A stretch of 64,000 nucleotides of DNA. It comes from Haliotis rubra (Eukaryota). Of the stretch, positions 27,638 to 40,735 are shown in pieces. The position numbers and the translations under genes are program-made. Below the pieces are notes generated by a model that was given only the letters and a program-made list of their open reading frames with translations, ran no database searches and was not told the origin of the DNA. Positions within the stretch are counted from its first letter, which is position 1. Each line of letters starts with the position of its first letter. Where the stretch lies: NCBI RefSeq assembly GCF_003918875.1, contig NW_025767048.1, positions 186,001-250,000 of the forward strand, written 5' to 3'.

Positions 27638-27734
27638 AAGCTTCTTTGAGAGGCATTTGAACGGTGTTAGAACCTACACCGTCGCTCTCACAGCAATAAA
27701 GTTGTTCATCCATATATTGTTATCCTCCTTCCTT
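27638..27734 (+). mobile_element. Second copy of the Penelope-like mini-element (single arm)
   Basis: 12-bp TSD ACTGTTACAGTT (27626-27637, 27735-27746); shares TTCTTTGAGAGGC and the GGTGTTAGAACCTACACC..GTCGCTCTCACAGCAATAAA arm; GAAAC deleted. Confidence 0.75.
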
Positions 27735-27906
27735 ACTGTTACAGTTCGTATCAACACACTTGTCTCATACATCAAAATACAAAGTTAATAAGCTGAACAT
27801 ATTTTAGAACCAGCTGAAGAGTTATTAAGATATGTTAGCAATTGATCTTTTTAGCTAAACAGCTTTCAATTTCAGAGCACAGCATTACAGATGACACCCA
27901 AAAACG

Positions 27907-28410
27907 TCCTTGTCTAATTTCGATAGTGAGTTGAGAAAGGAAGCAGTTGTTAGGTAGTTGAGAGTTGTAGGCAATTGTGAGTAGTAGGCACTTAAGAGTT
28001 GTTAGTTGTAGGCAGATGAGAGGCGTAAGCAGTGGTGAGCTACACATGACACCACATAACCTCCTTGTCTAATTTCGATAGTGAGTTGAGAAAGGAAGCA
28101 GTTGCGAGTGGTAGGTAGTTGAGAGCTGTAGGCAGTTGTGAGTAGTAGGCACTAAAGGTGAGGTGAGGTGAAATTTGGTTTTACGTCGTGCTTGAGAATA
28201 TTTCGCTCATATGAAGACGTGCATGCATGTGTTTGTGTATGTGCGGCTGCTTGTACTAGCCCAGACTTAAGCTGGTTTCATAGTGCTAGCCCACTAAGAT
28301 ACCATGCCGCAGTGAAGAGGCACTAAAGAGTACTAGTTGTTAGTTGTAGGCAGATGAGAGGAGTAGGCACTTGAGAGTTGTAGGCAGTTAAGTGGAGAAG
28401 GCAGTGGTGA
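27907..28410 (+). repeat. ~154-bp duplication built from GTAGGCA/GAGTTG subrepeats
   Basis: TCCTTGTCTAATTTCGATAGTGAGTTGAGAAAGGAAGCAGTTG at ~27907 and ~28062. Confidence 0.8.
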
Positions 28411-29369
28411 ATGGTAGCTGTCAATGAAAGTATATCTGGTTTCTACAACAGAAACCATATATTAATTGTTTCACCACACTCGGCAATTTCCCGTCTATAT
28501 GACCGTGATCTGTAAATAATTGAGTTTGAACCACACAATCCAGTGATTGACAACATGAGCATCTATCTACGCAACAGGTCTACCATTACAAGGACAAGCC
28601 AAGACAGCAACACTGACCAACCTATCAAGTTCGTCACCAATGGGTTAATGAGAAAAGGTCTAATCGACTAGTAACTTAACCAAATTAAACATATGTGACA
28701 GTTTCGTAATGTTTACAATGAGGGTTTGCAGTGCACATATGCCTCCGGGTTCTAACTGGGCTTATTACTACTCAACAAATGAAGATGTTCTGGTGCCGCT
28801 GTTTTCTAGAAGTGTATCGTTGGAGAGGATCACAGCACACGGACTTTCAGTAATGTCGTTCAATTACCGTCTACTGCAGTCTGATAAACAGTGTTAATTT
28901 CTTTCACTTCCCGATTACCAAAACCAAACAAAGGCCGACCTACTCACATTAACCGTTGATTGTCTGACAATTTAGACGCCCTGTACTGGTATAGAAACAA
29001 AGTAAGCACCATCAATGATACTGCACTTAGAGTGGTCCACGAAAACAATTAACATGATTGAGTGTGGGCAGCTGTTTCACGCCCCTTTAAGCAATGTTCC
29101 AGCAATAGGGTAGGGAATACCAGAAATGGGGTCTGCTAGTGGTTAAAGCATTCGCTCGAAGGCCCGGGTTCAATCCCCCACACAAGCACAATTTGGGAAA
29201 CCCATTTCTGGTGTTTCCCATACGGATACCGGCGTAGAACTCACTCACTCAGTGACTCTTGAAATGAGCTTCAAGAACTTGACCCTTGTATTTACTGGTA
29301 CCCGGGTCTCTGGCATGACAAATGTAAGCTAATACCACTAGGCGACTCCACATTCCACAGACAGTTCGC

Positions 29370-29727
29370 GACCGCCTCCGTGGTGTAGTGGTTAGAGCGT
29401 CCGCCCGGAGAGTGGAAGGTCGCGGGTTCGATCCCCCACCGCGTCATACCAAAAGACGTTAAAATATGGTACTTGTTGGTCCCTGCCTGGCGCTCGGCAT
29501 TAATGGGTACAACAAGGACTGTTCGGCTTGGAGTCAGTATAATGTGTGTGAGTGGGGTATTCATGCTTCACTGCGGCATGGTATCTCAGTGGGCTAGCAC
29601 TAGAAAATCAGCTTCAGTGTGGGCTAGTACAAGCAGCCGCACACACACATACACACGCATGCACGTCGTCATATGAGCGAAATATTCTCAATCACGACGT
29701 TAAACCCAATTTCACCTCACCTCACCT
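29370..29727 (+). mobile_element. SINE family C (tRNA-derived, MetaSINE-like body, (CACCT)n tail)
   Basis: A box TGGTGTAGTGG, B box GGTTCGATCC; TCATACCAAAAGACGTTAAAATATGGTAC core resembles the recalled Meta/MESC domain; 14-bp TSD CACAGACAGTTCGC. Confidence 0.9.
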
Positions 29728-30545
29728 CACAGACAGTTCGCATGTTAAGTATGGTGTGCCCACATGTCAAAGGCTTCAAACGGAAATGTTTAAACACAAG
29801 TTCTCATAGATCTATAATATATTATTACTAACATGCTGACTGACAGTACCTGTCAGCCATAAATCGCTGAATCATAATGCTTAAAATTCCCTATTTTTCG
29901 AGAACACCTGGCATCACCACTATTTGATATTGATTCCTCAACATGCTCATGACGTCCACGCGACTCCGCTTTCAAAGATTTTTTTATGATTATGGAATGA
30001 ATTTGGCCCCTCATATTTATGTGATGTTCTTGGCGATTTAATTAATATAAATCAACTCGATCCGCGACGGTAACCCTGGCTTGAATAACAGGTGTGGCGT
30101 TGTAAACTTCATTGAACCACAAAGCGAAAAAGACATAACGCTGCATTACGTCGTCCTTCGGTTATAAAATAACACAGGTGCGAGTCCACTGTTGCTAATG
30201 TGTAAGTACGGTTCTAATGTAGTGGTTGTCACTTAAAAATATGGTAAATGATAAATGTTTTAGTGGTGCCTGTACAACACCTGGGTATAAGGTAACTCTT
30301 GGCGGTTGGCATACATCAGATGGAAGCATTAGTTGTTGGTAGTAACTAAAAGTACAGCGCAGGTGCCCGTTATGTGATCGATGGTGGTTCGAAAGACCGA
30401 CGCAATCAGGCTTTTATTTCGGAAACCGCTTTATAATCTGCTGGGACAGATGCTTATAAGTCATTTATTTTTTAATACAAATGTTTCCAGAATGAACAAT
30501 AAACAAACTGCGTTCCATGTGAAATATTCAATTATTGTTTTAGTT

Positions 30546-30746
30546 AGAGTGAGTGAGTGAGTTGACGTTTACGCAACCTTTAGCATTATTCCAGCAATAT
30601 CACGGCGGGGGGACACCAGAAATGGAGATTTGCTTCACAATACCAATGGACTTTACGTGTCTTCAGGCTTAATATAATCAATATACGGCGGGGACACCTT
30701 CGGCGTAACGAGCGAACGCTTTAACCAATGGGCTACTCCACCGCCC
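30546..30746 (-). mobile_element. SINE family A with rearranged middle
   Basis: Head and tail intact; middle replaced by sequence matching 31381-31433. Confidence 0.8.
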
Positions 30747-32291
30747 TTGTTATAGTTAAAAGCCAACATTTTCAGAATAACCAAAACTCTTTGTATACAG
30801 TGGTATGTCGCTATGAATCTTTAATAGGAAATCGTAATAGGAAACAGTTGAGGCGGTTTCAATGGTCCCTTATATATCCAGATATTGATGTACCTTAAGC
30901 TAAAGTTAACTTCCAGATTTGGAGCATACATTATGACTGACTGACTGACTGAGTTTGGTTTTACGCCGCTTTTACGCTTTTAGCAATATTCCAGCAATAT
31001 CACGGCGGGGGACACCAGAAATGGGCATACATTATGACTTACATGTATGTGCATAAAGAAACATGAAGGGGCGCACAGTACGTGTCCATGGGATCCCTAC
31101 CTTTTACCTAAATATCCTACCCTAAAATTTCACATATAGATATTATCAATGAGGATTCCAAAGATGAAATATGAGGTGTTTTGACAGATGTGAATTTTTT
31201 TCTGAGATTGCAAACATTCAAGGTACTTAGCTTTTAGAATCCACGTGGTATCAGCTCCACTTAGTTATAAACTTATGTGAATAAAGTAAACCCTTCCTTA
31301 ATTGTGTTGATCCTTACTACTGTTATTCTATATGAATGGTGGTACACTTTGATAAATCCAGCAATATCTCTCTCTTGTTTATGGAGATTTGGAATCAATA
31401 CCAAAGAGGACTTTACGTGTCTTCAGGCTTAATAGTCAAGTTAAAAGATCATCGTGCTGGTGCATGGCTTCGTCAGTTTACACTCTGTCCTTATAACAAG
31501 CCTTCTTTCACGATGATTGGCCGTATGTAAGAAATAAATCTTCCTTTCTATAACATAGACACCATTGGAGTCGAGAAATATGTTTAGGCGACAGTCCTCT
31601 AACTATATGGGTGTATCAATCACTAAAACGAAAATAATTCACCTCGTTTAGTGTCACCATAAGGAACGTTTGCTCAGCCAAAAAAAATGTCTTCCACAGT
31701 TAACACACTAGATCATACGTGGAATTATTGGATATGTTAGTCATACCAGATCATTTTTAAAATCATGTTTATAAAATAATTACTGTAGTGATACGGCATT
31801 GTCAGTTGGAACAACTACAAACCAGCCAGCCAGACTATGAGCAATATCCGAACAAAGGATATATAAACCATAAAACTGCAGAAAGAATACCCTCATGTTG
31901 TTTTTTATTGCAACGTGAAGAAAATAATGCTGAATGTTTTCAAGTAAAGTTTCAGCAAGGCTGGACATTTTCATTATCTCTCAACGACTTTCCGTCGACA
32001 TCCTTACAAATTTCACGAAATTGTCCGATCTGAAAGCTCTGACTTCATGCATATGCCTATGGACAGCAACGTATGGAATAACATAAACAACGACACGGAC
32101 CCATATTACGTCGAGACGCCATGTCCCACACTGCAGGAAGAAGCCCTGGAACAACGTCTCTGATTCGAAGTCTGCCAGGTCTATTAGTTCACCAATTAAA
32201 TTACTGGAAAAACGACATCACCGAACTGCGTCCTTAACATTTATATACAACGTAGGAGAGTGCGTGACCATGGTGGGTATCACTGCAGGAT

Positions 32292-32503
32292 TGAGTGAGT
32301 GAGTTATGTTTTACGCCGCACTCAGCAATATTCCAGCTATATGGCGGCGGTCATTGAGTCTGGGCCAGACAATCCAGTGATCAATTGGTATACGATGACA
32401 TATGTCAACCAAGTCAGCAAGCCTAACCATCCGATCTCGTCAGTCGCCTCTAACGACAAGCATGGGTTACTGAACACCAATTCTAATCCGGATCTTCACG
32501 GGT
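32292..32503 (-). mobile_element. SINE-like family B
   Basis: Same 5' start; small deletions. Confidence 0.85.
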
Positions 32504-32978
32504 ACTCACTGCATGTGGATACATGTGTACACCTTCTGTACAGCGAAAACGGCACTTAAGGTACTTTAGTGGCCCTTTACTGGACGATTACCGATTTCTA
32601 ACTGGTTAATTTATAAAGTCTTACTTGACAAGGGCATGAGGACAACGTCTCTATTAGGTAAAGAAGCTATCCATAGATCATGTCTACTGTGTCATCTGTC
32701 AACTTCAAGAAACAATTCAAACAATAGTTACGCGTGCCCAATGAACCTGTGCGTTTACTAAAACTCTTCCTGTAGCGACAAATAAGGTTCAGATTATTTT
32801 CACTGACTTTAATACTCGATGGCTGAGTACATGGTGTTGGGTTACTCCCTTGGTAATATTCACAGTCTGTTTGTGCTGACTGCGTCCCTGTAGCGTGTTG
32901 ATGAGGCGCAAGGAAGGGAGACTATTTGTGTTGGGCGAAAAAAAATCGGCTAAGTCTCATAACCTTTTCAAACATGTA

Positions 32979-33540
32979 CACAAAGAACTTAGTTAAGCAC
33001 CCCTGACATATCTCACGATTGAATGAGCCCTGATCTTAACCCCTTGGAGCATATCTGGGACATGATTGGTCGTCGTATGCAACAAAGGGATCCTCCTGGA
33101 CAGATCCTGGCCCAATTGGATGCTACTTTACACGAGGAATGGCGTAGACTGCCCTTTCAGAGGATCAGGAGGTTGGCGGGGGTATGAGGAGGAGAGTGCT
33201 GGCCATACAGTCACATGGAGGTTACACTCGGTATTGGCCTTGAATCGTGTAAGACGCAAAATGACATTTTGAATGTTCACATTCACCAATAAATTTAAAA
33301 TTAAACATTCCATGGCCATACTTGTACAGACGTGGTTTTGTGTGAAAATGTGTGGGTTTTTTTGTAAATGAGCAATTATCATTATAAAATCAACATGGAT
33401 TCCAATCATTTTGTCGTTTTTATGAGTCAAAGGATCATACGGGTCAGACAAAAAGAATGTCTATCGTGGTCATGTTTTATGTACGTGTTGAAAACCTACC
33501 TTTGCAAAAAATACAGGTGTGCTTAATTACGTTCTTTGTG
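32979..33540 (+). mobile_element. Internally deleted Tc1-family transposon
   Basis: TA-flanked imperfect TIRs CACAAAGAAC..TTAAGCAC / GTGCTTAA..GTTCTTTGTG; from 33023 SPDLNPLEHIWDMIGRR..LHEEWRRLP, then after a frameshift MRRRVLAIQSHGGYTRY. Confidence 0.9.
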
Positions 33541-33733
33541 TATATATTGTATAAAACAGCGTCTCATAACCTTTTCAAACATATATACTACTTGGTTAAT
33601 GTTGGGCATGAAATGTCCTGTTATAGTTGTCATTAGGAAGTGAAACTCATTTCATTCTCAAAGAACTATGAATATGATATACCTGAGGAGAAATTAGCAC
33701 ATTCTATAAACACAACGAACTCACCCTAACAAC

Positions 33734-33839
33734 CACAGGGGCTTGTAACGCTAAAAACTGCCATCAAGGCATATACTGTTACTGACGGGGTCTTAGTACT
33801 ATATAAAAGGATCCTTTTATATAGTACTAAGACCCCGTG
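33734..33839. mobile_element. Relative of the 19117 palindromic MITE
   Basis: Starts CACAGGGGCTTGTAACGCT; perfect 54-bp palindrome 33785-33838 with the same AAAAGGATCCTTTT core. Confidence 0.7.
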
Positions 33840-34540
33840 TTGTAATGTTACAACAGCCAGGAATATATGATTTCCTATCACGAACAACCTTCAAACTTAA
33901 CAAGGTGACCATCTCACTCACCAAATTTAGGGCTTCGTATGTTTAAACTTTTGGGAGAATATTGTGTAACCTTTTCCTAATTTTTATCAAAAATGGCTGC
34001 CTGGCGGCCATGTTGAAACCCCCAATGTTGCTGCCGTGTAGAACCAAAGTAAACACGCAAAAGTATGAGCTGCATCCATCAAGATTTAGCAACCCAGATG
34101 TTTAACATTTTTTGGATGACGACGGACAGATTAAAACTTCAAAAGTGCAGACCGATGAATATTTCATGTCCAAGTATATAATGGTGCTTAATTTTAACCG
34201 GTTTACATAACAGAACTAAATTTGTGATCGGAACGTCCAATCGCAGTTGACAGGACCTTGCAGTTGACTTAGAAAAGAAAATGTGTAACTTTGATTGAAA
34301 GTGATACATCATGTTAAGCAAGCTTTCAAATAGAAATACTGACAGAATGCACTAACTGCTTTCAGATTCTATCAGACTAAATACATTGAAGTTCCCGTTG
34401 TCTGGAAAAGTGACTGGTGTGTTCTTATGAATAATAGACGCGCTCCACAGCTGTACATGCAAACTCAATAAAGTCTTCTGTATACTAGGGTAACGCTTGA
34501 AGTAACCACTTGATATTCGAGTTATATACCCTAACAAGAT

Positions 34541-34698
34541 GGGAGGTGGGGTAGCCTAGTGGTTAAAGCGTTTGCTCGTTACGCTGAAGACCCTGGTTCG
34601 ATTCCCCATATGGGCACAATGTGTGACCATTTCTGGTGTCCCCCGCCCTAATATTGCTGGAATATTGCTAAAATCGGCGTAAAACTAAACTAACTCAC
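34541..34698 (+). mobile_element. SINE family A
   Basis: A box TAGCCTAGTGG, B box GGTTCGATTCC, common tail. Confidence 0.9.
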
Positions 34699-35254
34699 CT
34701 AGCAACTATTTCATCCCCAGATTCAAGAGGTTGTTACAAGACGGCAATGGTCAGGTAGGGAATTATACACCGGCTGGTGTTCACGAACTGTTGAGTTCTA
34801 CTTGCAACCTTGTTGTCGTGGGTTCGAATCCAGGTTCGCCCGGTAATTCCACAATAACTTCTCGGGAAAGAGAATATTCCAAGATACTAGACTACAGTAG
34901 CCTCTCCTGTCTTTTTGAGGCCATTATTTTCAAAGTTGACAAGCATTTAGAATCCTTTTCACCTTGTAAAAACTTGTTTTTGAGTTCTGGCAGTTAACAC
35001 AGATTTAAGAGTGACGTTGAGATATCGATATAAAGCTGTCCAGTTTAAAGTCCTAACTGCCTCAGTGATTTTTAATTACTCGAATCAATCAGTACAACAA
35101 CAAAGGGAGTGTCGTCAGCACAGCCGTCATCTAATGCATGCCGAAATAGAAATGTGTTTCGGATTTGTTCGGGGGCGAGTTGTCTTATGTGCCGCAATTC
35201 GCTATGCAGAGTTGCGTCCTTCGTCATGTCAGAAACGTGTTATCGTGGGTTATC

Positions 35255-35401
35255 GTTTAGTTTAGTGGTTAAAGCGTTCGCTCGTCACGCCAAAGAACCG
35301 GATTTGATTCCCCACATGGGTACAATGTGTGAAGCCCATTTCTGGTGTCCCCAGCAGTGATATTGCTGAAAATATTGCTAAACTAAAACTAAACTCACTC
35401 A
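35255..35401 (+). mobile_element. SINE family A
   Basis: Body and tail match the consensus. Confidence 0.85.
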
Positions 35402-36626
35402 TACCTTAGAAGACATCTGGTACGAATATACACTCAAACACCGTTGTAACGGATGTATGGGTACCTCGAAGTAAAACCTTGTACCCTGCCTGTTCTTAAT
35501 TTAGTTACCGTTTTCGGTTGAGTCGAACATAGGATAACATGAAGTAGGCCTATTCACACAGGTCCATCAACACCGACACAATGAGCGAATTTGAGCGAAT
35601 GAATGCTGTCTAAATTCAAACGTTATCGCGGCTTTTGCAGATAAATCAGTCTGGACCAGCCAAGCAAGTATTCTAAAACAATAGCAATTATCAGCGTAAT
35701 CGAACACGATCTGTTAAGTAAAAATCAACAACGGGGATCTATTATCACATTGATCCCCAAGGGATGAAGCTTAATTGTCAATACCGTAATTTAGAGGACC
35801 ACCAAAGCCACACTGCATCCATTCATGATTCACCAGCGAAATTGTTGTCACTTCAAAATTGCTCCGAACAGAGCCCTTACGTAAACTGACGTTGCAACCT
35901 ACGCTTTATAAACGTGTATAAGAAACATATGACGGTATTATGACGTCACCATGCTCGTATATCCATCTTGATTGTTTCATCTGGTGGAAACTCACTTGGG
36001 AAAACACACAACCTCCCCAGCCCAAATGCCATGTAATCAGAATGATGTGCCACGGACGCGCAGAAGGTCATATGCATCGATTTCTCTGCTTATCATATTT
36101 AGTAGATTTGCTGCTGAAAGACCACATCAAAGTACCATTTGTCGAGGTGGTCTTGCCCGCCATAAACCTTATCCCCAATCAGTGCAATCAGGTATCTGGG
36201 TGGGAGCATTCCCTTACAGTCGATTGGACAACAGCAACAGCGCGTTTATGCTTATGTACTTACACTTAACAACGTGTGATCGGTGTACCTAACAATGAGA
36301 TGAAATGAAATATAGCTTCACAAACAAAATGCCTTGTTCGCCAAGAGCTGCATATAATTCGGACGCATAATCACGACGGTGCCCGATTGTGCCATAAAAT
36401 GGATTCTACTTAACACGACGCTGTCATATGGAGATGTTCGCATGAATTGAAACCTGACCACCAATCTTCAAAGGGGCTGTGTATATGTATCATTAAGGTT
36501 GAATGTGGTTAATGTGTGTACACTGTAATTATTGTTTTAAAGAAACAGTGTATCATTACAGTCAGTACGCGGCTATTGCCCTGTCAAAAGCAAGGACATG
36601 ATCACAGCATATTCAATGATGAGATT

Positions 36627-36760
36627 GGGACGGTGAGGTAGTCCAGTGGTTAAAGCGTTCGCTCGTCACGCCGAAGACCACTATACCAATATAGGGAATC
36701 GAACCAGGATCTTCGGTGTGACGAGCGAACGCTTTAACCACTAGGCTACCCCACCGCCCC
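36627..36760. mobile_element. Two SINE A heads fused in inverted orientation
   Basis: + head 36627-36679 and - head ~36695-36760 form a hairpin; another diverged + copy follows at ~36806-36965. Confidence 0.85.
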
Positions 36761-36998
36761 CTGTTGATAAACAATCCGACCCTGACCACCTGATCGAAAT
36801 AGTCACGGCGGTGGGGTAGCGGATGGTTAAAACATCATCTCGTCCCACTGAAGGCACGGGTTCGATTCCACACGTTTACAAAATGTGAGAAGCGCGTTAT
36901 TTCTGGTGTCGTGACTCATTGTCTGCTTCAGTAGTGCTAAAAGCGGCTTAAATCTCAACTCACCTATTCCAATTAGTTTCCACTCACAACAAAATATA

Positions 36999-37241
36999 AC
37001 CCGTGAAGGTCCGGGTTAGAATATTGGTCTTCAGTAACCCATGCTTGTTGTAAGAGGCGAATAACGAGATCGGATGGTCAGGCTCGCTGACTTGGTTGAC
37101 ACATGTCATCGGTTCCCAATTGCGCAGATCGATGCTCATGCTGTTGATCACTGGATTGTCTGGGTCAGACTCGATTTTTACAGACTGCCGCCATATAGCT
37201 GGAATATTGCTGAGTGCGGCGTAAAGCTAAACTACCTCACT
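36999..37241 (+). mobile_element. SINE-like family B
   Basis: 18-bp TSD CACTCACAACAAAATATA. Confidence 0.9.
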
Positions 37242-37632
37242 CACTCACAACAAAATATAGATAATCTGTGACCAAGTCCAGCCTATGTCAAAACACACTA
37301 ACAATTCATAAAACAATCATTAATAAAGGAAAAGAAGTATAATACTCTTTTTCTTACAGTAGCGTACTATTCGGGGAAAATACCTAAAGCAAACTAGTTC
37401 ACGTTCACAATCTCTTCTGAATGTCAAATACTGGTATTGATACTGATTTGGAAAAATCTCGATTTTTTGTTGTTCATCAACAGCTCGCGTAACATTTCGG
37501 TAACAACATAGAGCACCCAAATTATTCGAATGACGTATTAAACTATGCGTTCCAACCGTGCATTTGTTTTGAAGCAAAGTATTTCTTTAAAAAAAGCATG
37601 GAAGTATTTATTTGACCCTTATTACAAAGGTT

Positions 37633-38441
37633 TGTTCGATTCCCCACATGGGTACAATGTGTGAAGCCCATCTCTGGTGTCCCCCACCGTGATATTGCTG
37701 GAATATTGCGAACAGTGGCGTAAAACCATACTCACTCACTCACAAAAGTTTGTATGTCAGTGGATACATATGTTCCGCTGGTTGCGAGTTCGAATCTTAG
37801 AGTCTCATCGACTTTAAGTGTTGTTGGTATGTTAGAGTCACATGTACCTTTGCATTTCAGTTTCACGACAACGGTACGTTATTCGAACTGCGTCGCCTTG
37901 GACGTGTTCCTAAAAGTAAAGGGCGGTGTGATTCCCCAAATGGGTACAATGTGTGAAGACCATTTTGGGTGTCCACCGCCGTGATATTGTTGGAATATTG
38001 CTTAAAGCGGCGTAAAACAACACTCACTCACCCCGTAAAGTAAAATTGGTGCGTGAATGTTAATAGAGCTCTTGCAGCCTGCAGATTCAAACGCCTACTT
38101 ACTCGCTCCTATACCGATAGAAAGTTGTAAAATACAATCACGACAGTGACAAATCGTTTTAAGACATCCAACGTCATATACTACCATAAAGAAGTATTTA
38201 AAGTATGGGAGAATCGGGGGTCGATATAATCCCCTCACAATACAGTACGCTTCCAATACAACCAGGGGTGGGGTGGGGTAGCCTAGTGGTTAAAGCGTTC
38301 GCTCGTCACGCCGGAGGCACGGATTCGATTCCCCACATGGGTACATTGTATGAAACCCATTTCTGGTGTAACCCGCAGTGATATTGCTGGAATATTGCTA
38401 AAAGCGGCGTAAAGCCCAACTCACTCCTTACTCACTCACTC
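37633..38441 (+). mobile_element. Cluster of three SINE A copies (37633-37743, 37920-38031, 38265-38441)
   Basis: Consensus body and ACTC tails. Confidence 0.85.
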
Positions 38442-39254
38442 GAAGACATCAATTCTCGGCAAAGGTAGGCTTGCCCTTTTACAAGAAAATGTATTTAACC
38501 CTCTACCAAAAGATGCTTTTTCACATAGGAAGTGCTCGCCACTGGTGTGGATTGGTCTGGATCATCCCTATGCATGTATCCACAAACAAGTGTGTTTTCA
38601 ACAGTTACGTTGACAGACGTTATATATGAACGCTGGCAAGCGTTGATTCTGAAGCCTACTTAAAACGCGTTTCTACAGGAGTAACAGCTGGCACTCCTCA
38701 TCGTAATCATAGATACTGTTATGGCCTAACACATCATGTATGTGTTGCTTTGGACGGATATAGTGTTGAATTTATATATATAGAGATATATATTTTTCAA
38801 AGATATTTTCATTCACAAGTAACATACACAGCAATTAGACGTCACCGTCAAAACGGTCGCACCGAAGACCTGAATCCATAATAAGAAAGCCCATTTTATT
38901 TGTTTTATTTTTCTTGCCTTTGATCGTTGACAGGTTTTTATAATTTACCATTGTAAACTTACCATTTATAATTTACCATTTGTATAACAATCAATTGTTC
39001 TCGTCACGATATGGCTGAAATATTGCCGATGTGCCGATAAATTGTAACGCATTCACTCTTGCCTTTGATACAAGTGCGCCAGCTTATTGACATCACCCTT
39101 GTAAGTATTACTGGGATTGCGAACGGGAATATTGCTAAAACTGGTGTCAAGCTCAACTCACTCACGAACACGACGCTGTATGCTGTGCCCCTGTGCCTCA
39201 TCACAAAGCGACAATAAGTCTGAATGAAACCTGATATTCAGTGATCCATTCATA

Positions 39255-39400
39255 GTGAGTGAGTGAGAATGATTTTTTGCCGCTTTTAACAATATTCAAG
39301 CACGGCGGGGAACACCAGAAATGGGCTTCACACATTGTACACATGTGGGGAATCGAACCCGGGTCTTCAGCGTGACGAGCGGACGCTTTCAATAACCATT
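39255..39400 (-). mobile_element. SINE family A
   Basis: TSD GATCCATTCATAG. Confidence 0.85.
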
Positions 39401-39672
39401 AGGGATCCATTCATAGAACTTCAGTAACTACACGTATTTTGCCTTCTACGCCTAGTGAAATCTCTTTCCACGGATAATTACCAGGCTATTCTCTGGCATT
39501 GACGTGTAACGTTTATATATAGGCCTATATATATAATATAATATAATTTTATAATATTCTTTATCTGTCCATACATCCATAACCCCAATGAAACGTATAA
39601 ACCTTTAAAGGCAAAACGTTGTGAATATGGATATATATCCTCCCAAATGAATGACGTGGCTGCATGAGTTAA

Positions 39673-39911
39673 TGAGTGAGTGAGTGAGCTTAGTTTTACG
39701 CCGCACTCAGCAATATTCCAGCTATATGGTGGCGGTCTGTAAATAATCGAGTCTGGACCAGACAATACACTGATCAACAGCATGAGCATCGACCTGCGCA
39801 ATTGGGAACAGATGACATGTGTCAACCAAGCCAGCGAGCCTGACCGCCCGATCCCGTCAGTCGCCTCTTACGACAAGCATGGGTTACTGAAGGTTCATTC
39901 TAACCCGGACC
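39673..39911 (-). mobile_element. SINE-like family B
   Basis: TSD GCATGAGTTAATGA; slightly 5'-truncated. Confidence 0.9.
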
Positions 39912-40735
39912 GCATGAGTTAATGAAAATATATACTGCATGTTGAATGATTATGTTCACCCTCCTCTTCAGATTAATAAGAACCTAAACTTTAGAAGACA
40001 GGTGTATACAGGTGTTGTTGTTTTTTTACCTGTACGGGAGTCTACTTATTGGCTCCACAGCGTTCCTTTCCTTAGGCGCTGTTCACATTTGATGGCAAAA
40101 TTGTAAGGATTTCTTCGCCCACTGAGATTAAATATTTTATTCAAACAAATCGCTGATATGTAATAGGTCACACTGGGTGTTATAAATCGAGATATCGCAC
40201 GGATTAAGTACACCCCAAGTTAATCAATAACACATACTATACAGCAGAATGATCAGTAGGAAAGATAACGATTAAAGTATTGATTAATCCCCAATGTTTC
40301 AAACATTTATCTTCAATACTGAGATCTGTGTTCGTCAACATGACGTAGTTTCGTTTACAAACATATGAAATCGGTCACACTCTCAGGTTCAGTGGGTATA
40401 TGCTCGGGATATCACAGGGTGGACAGTGTTGGTCGTATCCAACTAAACTATAACCGGCAAATTCCGTATACACCACTGTGTGAGGCTGGCTAAACATATA
40501 GGAAACGGTTACTCGATGGTGATGTAGATCAATGTAAGGTGGCTAAACATAGGAAACGGTTACTCGATGGTGATGTCGATCTGCTTGATACAACGTTGGT
40601 TGTATCCAACTAAACTACCCGGCAAATTAAGCATATACCAATGTTTGAGGGTTCTGTAAAATAATACAATCTGGAAATGGTAACACGATGGTGATGTAGA
40701 TCTACTATATACGGGGATCAAAACTTGTGTTTTTT

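Noticed and set aside
29370-29445. tRNA-like sequences
   Set aside because: These are SINE heads (families A and C) lacking a proper acceptor stem and followed by SINE bodies, not tRNA genes.
34470-34535. Minus-strand peptide GYITRISSGYFKRYPSIQK, LRR-like
   Set aside because: No GT donor at the expected position, wrong phase and no LxxN; probably chance, at most a decayed exon.
36263-36287. 25-nt minus-strand segment with good acceptor and GTAAGT donor
   Set aside because: The peptide (YTDHTLLS) does not fit an LRR continuation; unsupported without RNA data.
38470-38540. Plus-strand LQENVFNPLPKDAFSH, LRR-like
   Set aside because: Wrong strand for the LRR gene and no splice context.
40420-40710. 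Short internal duplications, possibly in a Penelope remnant
   Set aside because: The duplications are real (40428/40596; 40487/40541/40676), but the element identity is too weak to call.
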